A stretch of 64,000 nucleotides of DNA from an uncultured Candidatus Berkelbacteria bacterium. GTDB lineage: Bacteria > Patescibacteriota > UBA1384 > XYA2-FULL-43-10 > CAINNR01. The stretch lies in assembly GCA_903851235.1 (NCBI GenBank), contig CAINNR010000015.1, positions 11,327-75,326 on the forward strand, read 5' to 3'. The notes below the pieces were generated by a model. The model did not search any database and had not been told where the DNA came from. It saw only the letters and a list, made by a program, of their open reading frames with translations. Positions 1 through 8,752 of this stretch are shown here, piece after piece; the stretch's first letter is position 1, and every line of letters starts with the position of its first letter. The position numbers and the translations under genes were made by a program.

Positions 1-6
1 GATATT

Positions 7-696
7 TTGTCGCTGTTAATGTTGCAAAACCAAACAAAAATGCTGTCGGACGATCTATCACAGGCAACATTCAATTTACCGGTTAAAAATACCGCCGGCG
101 CCGATGTTTATCCCGGCAAAAACGCCGTTGATTTTTACTCGAGCTATTCAAATCCGGCAGCAGCAAACTACACTTGGAACCCCTCAATGCCGAATGATGT
201 CGACGCTTTTGTCCAGAATAAGGCGGCGATGATCTTCGGCTACTCGGATTTGGCGACCTATCTGCGCCAAGTTTACCCGAACTTTCAATTTCAGCAAGCG
301 CTAATGCCGCAGGTCGGCGACATCAATAATATTGTCGATTATGCCCATTACACTTCCTACGTTGTGCCTGAAGCATCGCCAAACGCTTCAACCGCTTGGG
401 AGTTTATCACCTCGCTTTCAACCGACGAAGCTTCAACTTACAAATCGGCGACAAAGGAAATTTCTTCGAAAAAAGTTGAAACTGATGTTGTGCTGAAAAA
501 TCGTGGTGATGGCGCGCCAACGCAGGATCAGATCAAAACCGCCCAGAGTTGGAACAAGGGTCGTTATCCGGTTGATATCGATACGCAGTTAAAACAAGCG
601 ATCGATCGAGTCAATTCTCACGCCCAAACCTCGCAAGCATCGCTTGATACCGCGGCGTCAAATGTCACTGAGCTTTTACGAAAAACAACTTGGTAG
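7..696 (+). CDS. hypothetical protein, probably 5'-truncated by window edge
   Basis: ORF open to the window start and continuing to a stop at 696; no recognisable motif; followed by a 9-bp-stem hairpin at 724..744. Confidence 0.35.
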   Translation: MSLLMLQNQTKMLSDDLSQATFNLPVKNTAGADVYPGKNAVDFYSSYSNPAAANYTWNPSMPNDVDAFVQNKAAMIFGYSDLATYLRQVYPNFQFQQALMPQVGDINNIVDYAHYTSYVVPEASPNASTAWEFITSLSTDEASTYKSATKEISSKKVETDVVLKNRGDGAPTQDQIKTAQSWNKGRYPVDIDTQLKQAIDRVNSHAQTSQASLDTAASNVTELLRKTTW

Positions 697-761
697 TGCG
701 GAATTTATCCGATTAGTTTATGAATCCTGAATCAAATTCAGGATGACAAGCGGAAATAATT

Positions 762-1241
762 ATGACACTGATATTCAAAAAAATTGCTTTCACTGTTTTT
801 ACTGTGTTTTTCGTTTTTTGTTTTTTTCTGAATTTTGCTTATGCAGCCACGACACCGGCAACAACAACTACCCCTGCAACAACATCGACTACCGCCGCCG
901 GTGTCGGTGTCGGTGTCAGTTACCCCGGTGGTGCAAATTCGAATGTTATCAAAAGCGGCGGCAGTTACACTTATACCCAGTACATTTGTCTACTCTACAG
1001 TTTTGGGATGAAAGCTGCAGTCGCCCTGTCAATTTTAATGATCGTTTACGCCGGCTATAAATACCTGACCAGCCGCGGCGACTCCGGTTCGATTAATGAG
1101 GCCAAGGATATTTTAGTCAGCACTTTAATGGGCGTGGCACTTTTAATGTTGGTAGTTCTTATCGCCAACATCGCCGGACTTAAGACCGAAAATTGGCTCT
1201 TAAGTCCCAATGCAGATAAATCCTGTTCACTCGAAAACTAA
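762..1241 (+). CDS. secreted T4SS pilin-like protein (TrbC/VirB2-like two-TM pilin module)
   Basis: N-terminal signal peptide and Thr/Pro-rich linker. C-terminal TM1-YAGYKYLTSRGD-x-AK-TM2 module matches the hairpin architecture of VirB2/TrbC-type conjugative pilins. Paralogous to 3516..3860 and to the two C-terminal modules of 1251..3335. Confidence 0.4.
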   Translation: MTLIFKKIAFTVFTVFFVFCFFLNFAYAATTPATTTTPATTSTTAAGVGVGVSYPGGANSNVIKSGGSYTYTQYICLLYSFGMKAAVALSILMIVYAGYKYLTSRGDSGSINEAKDILVSTLMGVALLMLVVLIANIAGLKTENWLLSPNADKSCSLEN

Positions 1242-1250
1242 ATAATTATT

Positions 1251-3335
1251 ATGTCAGAAAAAAAACCTATTTCAACTCGAATGATAACAAATGTCTTAAT
1301 TTCATTGTTCGGTTTTGTTATTCTGGGAGCGACAATTTTAATAAGCTGGCAAATTTGGCTCGCATCGGCCGACAACCTTTATGTCACCGACCCGAGCTTT
1401 ACCGTTTCTTATCCGCAACCAAAATTTAATTTGGCCAGTGATATTCCCAAAACTTATGTGATTAGAAAAAATGTTCCTGACATCAACGGCGTAATGCGCG
1501 ACTTTTTGGAGGTTTATGACAAGACAACTGTCGATGCGGCATTAGGTAACAACACAAAACAGCCACCAACTTATGCCATCAATTTCCAAGTAGGTGGCAC
1601 GACACATCGGATGGCGATTTTGCCTTTGACTAGTTATGATTATTCAAAAAACGGGGGCGCCAGCCTTGATTCAGCAACTTACAAGCTTCTGACTTATGCC
1701 GAATCAGTTGCAACAACCGATCAAGCCAGCGAAATTGATACCGCCAGAACTAAATATGGCGATGCCGCCAGCCCGACAACTTTGACTAACGCCTCTGTTT
1801 ATGTCAGGCCGTCAGTCAACAGCGTTCCCGCTGACGGCAAAACCGTCGTGCCAATAAAAATTTCAATCAATCCGTCACGAATTGATTCAAAACTGATAAA
1901 TCATGTTTCGGTTTTCGCCACCACATCCGCCACCACATTTACACCAACCGTTGATGATGCCGGAAAACAGGCAATTTGCACCGATGCCAATACCAAGCCG
2001 CCAACCGCACCACTATCGAACCTTTTGGGCGAAACAACTTGCGACGCCAGTGGAAATTGCGGCAGTGTTAATTTCACTGCGCCAAGCTCCACCGGCGCCC
2101 ATCAAATTTTTGCCGTTGCGATGAAATCGAATACAAAAACCGCTTGCGCTTCGGCAAATGTTTTAGGCTGGTCAGTTCTTGACGGATCGCAGTTAATCAA
2201 TGTTTATAAAGGTGTGGTTGAGTCCGGTGCCGATTTGACAGTTTCTTTTAACAACCCAGTCACCGTCGGTACACAATTTTTGGTTCGAGTACAAAGCACA
2301 AATCCGAAAATCGACCACGTTTCGCTTTTTGTCGCTAAAACCGGCGATGGCGGTTATGATTCAATTGATAACGCCGGGATTTGCAAAGCTGCCAATGCCA
2401 ATGACGCAACCACTAGTTGCACACTTTGTCTCCATGGCATAGCCGATTTCTCCGCCGGTGTTCGCGACCAAGCAATTCCGGTAACATTGGACCAGAGCGG
2501 CGAACACCGAATTATCGCTGTCGGTGTCTCCGATAAAAATCCTTGCTCCGCTGCTGATCCGGCAAGCAGTGTTGTCGGTAATTTGGTCACGGTTAACAAG
2601 GAAGGTGTCGTCTCCGCCGTCTCCGCCACTGATATCACCGGCACCGGTAAAACCGATGCAACCGGAAATGCAGGGAGTGGTGGTGGCTCCGGAACTTCAG
2701 TTGACACCGGTAGTGGGTATGTTAAGCCAGGTTGGGCTACAAGTCTCGCCAAATCGGTATCCATCACGAACATCGAGACTCTACTTAAGAAGCTCGGGCC
2801 GTTCACCCTTTATATCCTCGGTTTTCTCGCCGTACTGGCAATAATTATTGCTGGAATGAAATATATTTCCTCCTCCGGCGATCAGAAAAAATCCGAATCG
2901 GGCAAAAAAGCCCTGCTCTATTCGGTCTACGGGATTATCGCAACCGTTCTTTGCGTCGAGTTGGTCCAACTGACCATTTCCGAAGTTCAAAAAATCGTTG
3001 GTAACAAATTGGACACTAGCGCGTTGAATCCTAACAGCGGGACGGGGTTGTTATCGGGTATGGGTGGCGGGCCGAACGCCAGCGTTATGGACATTATCGG
3101 TCACAAAGATCCCCCATATGGATTTATTTGGCAGGTAATTACTCTAGCGGTTTATTACGCCGAATTCGTTGCCGTCTTTTACATTTTGTATGCCAGCTTT
3201 TTGTACATCACTTCATTTGGTGATGACAGCAAGGCCGAGAGCGCCAAAAAAACCATCATTTGGGCGGTTATCGGCATGGCTTTCATAATTTCCGCCAATG
3301 TCTTGCTCGGCATTTTCGGCAATGTACTGTCATAA
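1251..3335 (+). CDS. large membrane-anchored Cys-containing extracellular protein with two tandem C-terminal pilin-like modules
   Basis: N-terminal TM helix, about 500-aa extracellular region with many Cys. C-terminus carries two copies of the TM-Y(I/L)(S/T)S.GD..K.ES.KK-TM module (IIAGMKYISSSGDQKKSESGKK; LYASFLYITSFGDDSKAESAKK) seen in the neighbouring small pilin-like proteins. Confidence 0.5.
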   Translation: MSEKKPISTRMITNVLISLFGFVILGATILISWQIWLASADNLYVTDPSFTVSYPQPKFNLASDIPKTYVIRKNVPDINGVMRDFLEVYDKTTVDAALGNNTKQPPTYAINFQVGGTTHRMAILPLTSYDYSKNGGASLDSATYKLLTYAESVATTDQASEIDTARTKYGDAASPTTLTNASVYVRPSVNSVPADGKTVVPIKISINPSRIDSKLINHVSVFATTSATTFTPTVDDAGKQAICTDANTKPPTAPLSNLLGETTCDASGNCGSVNFTAPSSTGAHQIFAVAMKSNTKTACASANVLGWSVLDGSQLINVYKGVVESGADLTVSFNNPVTVGTQFLVRVQSTNPKIDHVSLFVAKTGDGGYDSIDNAGICKAANANDATTSCTLCLHGIADFSAGVRDQAIPVTLDQSGEHRIIAVGVSDKNPCSAADPASSVVGNLVTVNKEGVVSAVSATDITGTGKTDATGNAGSGGGSGTSVDTGSGYVKPGWATSLAKSVSITNIETLLKKLGPFTLYILGFLAVLAIIIAGMKYISSSGDQKKSESGKKALLYSVYGIIATVLCVELVQLTISEVQKIVGNKLDTSALNPNSGTGLLSGMGGGPNASVMDIIGHKDPPYGFIWQVITLAVYYAEFVAVFYILYASFLYITSFGDDSKAESAKKTIIWAVIGMAFIISANVLLGIFGNVLS

Positions 3336-3382
3336 TTTTTTGGCTGATTTTGTCCGTACTTTCGAGATTCATTGGCCCGCAA

Positions 3383-3412
3383 GATCACCTTCGGTAGACT
3401 CCGGAAGATGAT
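3383..3412 (+). repeat. 30-nt conserved upstream motif (copy 1), shared with 44371..44400
   Basis: gatcaccttcggtagactccggaagatgat; 27/30 identical to the reverse complement of 44371..44400; contains an imperfect hairpin cttcgg-uagacu-ccggaag. Confidence 0.5.
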
Positions 3413-3448
3413 TAAGTAGGAGGAAGTTTTCACGAAATTCCAAAAAAC

Positions 3449-3478
3449 TTGACAACCTTTTAGCAATGATACTAGAAT
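3449..3478 (+). promoter_or_regulatory. sigma70-like promoter for pilin-like gene 3516..3860
   Basis: TTGACA (3449-3454), 18-nt spacer, TAGAAT (3473-3478), 38 nt upstream of a GAGGAGG RBS and the ATG. Confidence 0.4.
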
Positions 3479-3515
3479 ATAATTAAGCAATAAATTAAAT
3501 AAAATTTGAGGAGGA

Positions 3516-3860
3516 ATGATGATTTCGACGATTATGAATTGGTTGGTTCCAAAAGCACATGCGGCGATGACATGGAATTTTCTTACGGTTAGCGAGACCG
3601 CCGGGGGAACTGGTACAACTGGACTCACGAGCATTGCTGACAAAATAATTACTTGGGCATCACTTATCGCGGGTATATTAGCTGTTCTATTTCTTATTTA
3701 TTCCGGCATCCTCTATATCACAGCCGGGGGGAATCCAGATTCCGCCAAAAAAGGTCAACAAGGTATTATCAATGCCATTATCGGAATTGTCATTATCACT
3801 ATAGCCTACTTTCTGGCCACAACAATCGCTCACTTCGCTGGCACTGCAACAACTCCTTAG
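3516..3860 (+). CDS. T4SS pilin-like protein (TrbC/VirB2-like)
   Basis: Strong RBS GAGGAGG. TM-LIYSGILYITAGGNPDSAKKGQQ-TM hairpin module, same family as 762..1241. Confidence 0.45.
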   Translation: MMISTIMNWLVPKAHAAMTWNFLTVSETAGGTGTTGLTSIADKIITWASLIAGILAVLFLIYSGILYITAGGNPDSAKKGQQGIINAIIGIVIITIAYFLATTIAHFAGTATTP

Positions 3861-3965
3861 TAGTGCTTCCAGTACTCGTCCAAAAAACAATCAAAAACCG
3901 TCTTGACTTGTTGGAACTATCCAATAAATCGAGGCGGTTTTTTGTTTAGATCAATTAGATTTTAT

Positions 3966-5090
3966 TCAGGAGATAAAGTCCAAATAGTTTTCTCTGTTAA
4001 TAATTTTAAATGTCGCATTTTTGTAAGCAGACCAATCGCTCGGCGGCAAAACTTTTTTTAACGGAGACCATTTGCATTCAAAACCAAAAAGCCGACCGTC
4101 GCGCTCTTCAACCAAATCAATCTCTTGCCCGCCATAAGTTCGCCAAAAATAGGAATTACCATAAATACCCAAGTAAGTTCTCTTTTTCAATCGTTCGGCA
4201 ATTACAAAATTTTCCCACAATTGCCCGACATCATTTCTGTCATTAAGCGAATTAAATTGTGATATCACTGCGTTGCGAATACCGTTGTCAAGAAAAAAAT
4301 ATTTGCTTTTACTCGTCACTTCAGACCGAAGATTGCCACTGTAACCATTGAGTCGAAATATTACAAATGATTTTTCCAATAAATCCAGATAACGAGCAAC
4401 GGTTTTGACATCAATTGATAGTTGATTAGAAAGTTCATTTAAAGACACCTCTTTACCAATTTGAAAGGCCAAAAGTTTCAAAAGATCAAACAGCATTTTA
4501 GGGTTTTTGATTTTATCAAAGGCTAAAATATCCTTAAAAAGATAAGAGTTGGTTGTTTCTTCCAATATATTAATCTTTTCCGCTTTACTTTTTGCAAGCA
4601 AAACTTCCGGATAACTGCCAAAAATCATCAATTCAGTTAATTCTTCTTTTAATTCAAAAGTGTTTTTTGAATCCGATAGTTCGGTCTCTGCGATCGGAAA
4701 AAGTTTCAAAGTGGTTTTGCGACCGGTTAACGGCTCGCCAACTTGGTTTGCCAAATCAAAAGATGATGATCCGGTGGCGATAATTCGAAGTCCAGGTAGT
4801 TGGTCAACAAGAATTTTTAATCCTTGCCCGATTCCAGGAATCCGTTGCGCCTCGTCGATGGCTAAAAGTTCATATCCTTTAATATATTCTAAAATTTGTT
4901 TAAAATCTTCTGAGCCGAGAATTTGTTGGGTTCGAATGTTGTCACCGGAATCAAGTTTGTATTTTAATTTGCTTTTGTCCAAATAATTTTGCAAAAGTGT
5001 GGTTTTGCCTACGCGACGAGGACCCAAAATAATTAGGGCTTTACCTTGCTTTAAATATTTGTCCAAGTTGTCATAATATCTTTTTATCAT
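3966..5090 (-). CDS. AAA+ ATPase, DUF4143-family ATP-binding protein
   Basis: Walker A GPRRVGKTT near the N-terminus, Walker B LLAIDEAQ, length and layout typical of the AAA_14+DUF4143 family. Confidence 0.65.
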   Translation of the reverse strand: MIKRYYDNLDKYLKQGKALIILGPRRVGKTTLLQNYLDKSKLKYKLDSGDNIRTQQILGSEDFKQILEYIKGYELLAIDEAQRIPGIGQGLKILVDQLPGLRIIATGSSSFDLANQVGEPLTGRKTTLKLFPIAETELSDSKNTFELKEELTELMIFGSYPEVLLAKSKAEKINILEETTNSYLFKDILAFDKIKNPKMLFDLLKLLAFQIGKEVSLNELSNQLSIDVKTVARYLDLLEKSFVIFRLNGYSGNLRSEVTSKSKYFFLDNGIRNAVISQFNSLNDRNDVGQLWENFVIAERLKKRTYLGIYGNSYFWRTYGGQEIDLVEERDGRLFGFECKWSPLKKVLPPSDWSAYKNATFKIINRENYLDFIS

Positions 5091-5278
5091 AAATCAATGA
5101 TATCACACTCCATAAATTAAGTCAAATTTATGGAGTACCACTCCATAAATTATGACCAAAAACAAGCATTTTAATACTAATCTTTCGTTACGCGCCAGAC
5201 TTCGGTTGTGGTGGTCACACCCTTTGGAACTTGAATCAATTAAAATAATTAGATTGAATTGGAAATTGGCTTCGAACT

Positions 5279-5611
5279 ATTTGGCCAAAATCTTTTTTAC
5301 TTGTTTTTTCAGAACCGGTAAATCAATTTTTGCTACATCCCAAACTATTTTTAGGTCGATATCGTTATAGCCATGAATTAAGCGGTTTCTCATACCGGTA
5401 ACTTTGTGGGTTTCCAGTTCCGGATATTTTTCAATAAAATCATCTGACAGTTTTTTGTCGCTTCTCCAATTACCTCAATGTTTCGAAAAACCGCATCTTG
5501 AGTTTTGCCATCGTTGTCAAATTGATTAAAACTTATCTTTGAAGTATATTCTTCAATTTTTTAAATGCATTCAATTATGTCGTTCAGATATGGTTTATTT
5601 AGTTTTTTCAT
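5279..5611 (-). pseudogene. hepT: HepT (DUF86/HEPN) toxin pseudogene: in-frame TAA plus frameshift
   Basis: Minus-strand translation gives MKKLNKPYLNDIIECI*KIEEYTSK..NIEVIGEATKN then, in another frame, KLSDDFIEKYPELETHKVTGMRNRLIHGYNDIDLKIVWDV (HEPN R-x4-HxY motif). In-frame TAA at complement 5561..5563; frame change in the T6 run 5451..5456. Start overlaps the MNT stop by 17 nt. Confidence 0.6.
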
Positions 5612-5918
5612 AAAAAATTTTTAAATCTTTTAAAATATATGGCTTAAATTCTTTGCGCAACATTTTCCCATCAGCCAAATCAATTTTCTTGCCGATTTTT
5701 TCTTCTAAGTCAGAATAAAGTCCGCCCATATCGAACAATGATGTGCCATCGGGATAAATAACATAAAAATCAATGTCGCTTTTTTCCGTTGCTTCTCCGC
5801 GGGCAAAGGAACCAAAAACTCCGGCACGGATGACACCATACTTTTTTAAAATTGGCGTTACAGAGATTTTTAATTGTTCCAACTCTTTGTCGTTCATGTT
5901 GAGCATATTATAACACAA
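5595..5918 (-). CDS. mntA: MNT-type nucleotidyltransferase antitoxin (HepT/MNT module)
   Basis: GVFGSFARGEATEKSDIDF minimal nucleotidyltransferase motif; directly upstream of and overlapping the hepT remnant. Confidence 0.7.
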   Translation of the reverse strand: MCYNMLNMNDKELEQLKISVTPILKKYGVIRAGVFGSFARGEATEKSDIDFYVIYPDGTSLFDMGGLYSDLEEKIGKKIDLADGKMLRKEFKPYILKDLKIFYEKTK

Positions 5919-5993
5919 AAATCATCCGTTTCGTCATTGCGAGGCAATCTATCTAATTGAAGATTGCCACGGCACGAATCCTCGCAATGACAA

Positions 5994-7646
5994 TTAGTCT
6001 TTTGTTACACGCCAAACTTCGGTTGTTGTTGTCACACCTTTTAGAACTTGAATCAAACCATCCTGCTCCATTGTGATCATTCCCTCTGAGAGGGCGGTTT
6101 TTGTAAACTCGGCGATGGTTGCTTGCCGGCCGATAAGCGCTTCCATCTCCGCCGACGGCACCAAAACTTCGGCGATAACTTGGCGGCCGGAGTAACCGGA
6201 TTTGTTGCAAACCGTGCAACCGGCACCGCGCTTGAGTTTTATTTGATTGATCGGCAAATCGAGCATTGCGGCAATTTGCGGTTCAATCCGCTCCTTAATC
6301 GGAGAGAGAATATTCTTTATTTCTTCCCAAACCGGTTCGGTCGGCGAAAACTCCTCGGCACATTTGGGACAAACTTTTCGCACCAGCCGCTGGCCCATAA
6401 TTAAATTGATTGAACCGGCCAAAAGAAACGGCCGAACACCGATTTCCAAAAGTCGCGGTAGCGCGGCGGCAGCGGTGTTTGAGTGAAGTGTGGATAATAA
6501 GAGATGGCCCGTCAGCGCCGCCTGGACGCCGATTTCCGCTGTTTCCTTGTCGCGTATCTCACCAACCATTAAAATGTCCGGATCCTGGCGCAGTGCGGCT
6601 CGCAGACCATCGGCAAAAGTATAGTTGGCCTCCGGATCAACCTGGCTTTGTTCGACGCCGGAAATTCGGTATTCAATCGGGTCCTCAAGCGAGATAATTT
6701 TAATTCCAGGTTTTTTAAGCTCCATTATCATCGCATAAAGCGTCGTCGATTTTCCCGAGCCGGTCGGGCCGGTATTTAGTATCATACCGTGCGGTTTGGA
6801 AATCGCCGACTCGATTATTTTTACTGCATCCGGTCGGAAACCCAAATCGGCCAGCTTTTGAATCGACATCTCCTGACCCAGGAGCCGAAGGACGAGGCTT
6901 TCGCCGTAGGCCGAAGGCAAGGTTGAGACACGGAGGTCGATTCCGTTTGATCCGCGCTTAATCGAAAAACGTCCATCTTGCGGTTCAGCTGTGACATCCA
7001 TCTTTAATTTTGCCAGAAATTTTATCCGGGATAATAGAAATTTGTAAGTCTGGGTGTTCATTCGCAAAACATCCTGTAAGACACCATCAATTCGATATCG
7101 GGCCAAAAAATCGTCGGCACCGGGCTCGATGTGAATGTCGGAGGCATCCATTTTCGCTGCCGCAAATAATATCAAGTCAAGAAGTTCCGTCGTTGTCACC
7201 TTTTTCGCCGCCTCGGTGATGTCGGCAATCGTCTTGACCTGATCAATCAAATCCTCCTGCCGCTGAGAAACATTTAGGGCTTTCTTTTGCTGGCGTTCCT
7301 GTAGCTGGCGGAAAGAGTCAATGGCAAAAAGCAGGCCGGTTTTCGAAACCAACGAGAAGATGAACTTTGAATTATTCGTCCGCGAATACTCTTCAAGGTA
7401 ATTTTGTAACCGATCATTAACGGAACTGATGACCGCAAGCTTAATTTCCTTACCGATTTTCAAATACGGCACAAAGTTGAATTCCGACATTTTTTCCGCC
7501 GGAAACAGTAAATAAAGCTCGGAAGCAAATGGATAGCCGACCAAATCGATGTACGGCATGCCGAGCTTCCCGGCTAAACTTTGCGTCAGTTCCTCTTCAT
7601 CCTGCCGACGCAAATTAAACAATTTTTGATCAATATCAACCATCAA
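5994..7646 (-). CDS. pilB: GspE/PilB-family secretion/pilus assembly ATPase
   Basis: Walker A GPTGSGKSTT, Asp/His boxes, C-terminal CPKC...CTVC tetracysteine, N-terminal GSPII_E_N-like region. Confidence 0.8.
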   Translation of the reverse strand: MMVDIDQKLFNLRRQDEEELTQSLAGKLGMPYIDLVGYPFASELYLLFPAEKMSEFNFVPYLKIGKEIKLAVISSVNDRLQNYLEEYSRTNNSKFIFSLVSKTGLLFAIDSFRQLQERQQKKALNVSQRQEDLIDQVKTIADITEAAKKVTTTELLDLILFAAAKMDASDIHIEPGADDFLARYRIDGVLQDVLRMNTQTYKFLLSRIKFLAKLKMDVTAEPQDGRFSIKRGSNGIDLRVSTLPSAYGESLVLRLLGQEMSIQKLADLGFRPDAVKIIESAISKPHGMILNTGPTGSGKSTTLYAMIMELKKPGIKIISLEDPIEYRISGVEQSQVDPEANYTFADGLRAALRQDPDILMVGEIRDKETAEIGVQAALTGHLLLSTLHSNTAAAALPRLLEIGVRPFLLAGSINLIMGQRLVRKVCPKCAEEFSPTEPVWEEIKNILSPIKERIEPQIAAMLDLPINQIKLKRGAGCTVCNKSGYSGRQVIAEVLVPSAEMEALIGRQATIAEFTKTALSEGMITMEQDGLIQVLKGVTTTTEVWRVTKD

Positions 7647-7707
7647 CCCTCCGGGAAGTTATAAGACAAGAGATACAAATGTTTGCAATTTCTAATTCGA
7701 TTATCGG

Positions 7708-8625
7708 TTATTGATTTGCCAGTTTGTTGTAAATCAGTGTCCAGTAAGTCGAAAAATAGGCGTTGATTATGCCGCTGATCAGTAATATCAGCGCAATGTA
7801 TGCCAAAGCGGCTGGCGCGCCAAAGGCGATAACGGCAGCGAAACCGCCGGCGAAATAAATTCCGACACCAATGGCAAATAACACTCCGCCGACGATTAAA
7901 GCGATGAGTGCTAACCCGATTCCGGCCGCTAAACTCAGCGCCGCTTGAATCAACCAGGCAAGAATCACATTGGCGAAGTGGTGATGAACCAACTCTCTGG
8001 CGGCCGAAAACGCCGCGATAATTTTTTTGTTTTTGATCACAATTTCCCGATAACCGAATTGCAGTATCCAGCTAAGATATGCCGCCATAACGATGATTCC
8101 CAAAATCAACAATAGTCCGACCGGAATGACGATGATTAAAAACCAAAGACTGACTGACGCAACCAAGATGATTAAAGTTGCAACCAGCCCGGCAAGAACG
8201 AACACAATTGCAAAAATCATCAGCGCTACAAGTAATGTTAATCCGACGAAGCGCCAAAAATAGTTTTGGCCGGTGTGAAACGCGCTGTGAAATTCCGGTT
8301 TTTCATCCTCCGATTCAGCTTTGCCGATACTATAAATCAAGCCGGCTTTGGCCGAATATGAAACAAAAAGTAGAATTAACGAGATGATAAAAATCGCCAG
8401 GACAATTACCGTAAATTCCGCTCGATTACCGGAGACCCAATCAGCCAGCTTGTTCATCGATGATTGCATTGTATTCGAAGTGTTGGAAAAACTGCTGCTG
8501 GAATTATAGTAATTACCGACACCGCCTCCACCCTCGGCCAAGGCGGCCAAAATTCCCAAATACCAAAGCGCGCGGTATTTTTTAATATAGCCGAATGTTT
8601 TCCTTAAAATTTCAGCCCATTTCAT
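7708..8625 (-). CDS. polytopic membrane protein, unknown function
   Basis: Gly/Ser-rich stretch near N-terminus followed by at least 6 predicted TM helices; no recognised catalytic motif. Confidence 0.4.
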   Translation of the reverse strand: MKWAEILRKTFGYIKKYRALWYLGILAALAEGGGGVGNYYNSSSSFSNTSNTMQSSMNKLADWVSGNRAEFTVIVLAIFIISLILLFVSYSAKAGLIYSIGKAESEDEKPEFHSAFHTGQNYFWRFVGLTLLVALMIFAIVFVLAGLVATLIILVASVSLWFLIIVIPVGLLLILGIIVMAAYLSWILQFGYREIVIKNKKIIAAFSAARELVHHHFANVILAWLIQAALSLAAGIGLALIALIVGGVLFAIGVGIYFAGGFAAVIAFGAPAALAYIALILLISGIINAYFSTYWTLIYNKLANQ

Positions 8626-8752
8626 AGTTTCTCCTTCAAATATTAATCTTGTATATATTTTACCACAAAAATCATTTTTCTTGATTTGTCCGATGATTGA
8701 TGATATAAAGATTGTGCTCTAGACAAATACAATCCGGCGAAGGGACGACGAG

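Noticed and set aside
1901-2990. Several 60-150-aa ORFs on both strands inside the 694-aa gene (1901..2092, 1903..2124, 2354..2806, 2524..2844, 2781..2990)
   Set aside because: They lie fully within or antisense to a long ORF that has coherent domain features, and show no RBS or motifs; shadow ORFs
5152-5370. Plus-strand 72-aa ORF
   Set aside because: Antisense to the HepT remnant whose HEPN motif is clear on the minus strand
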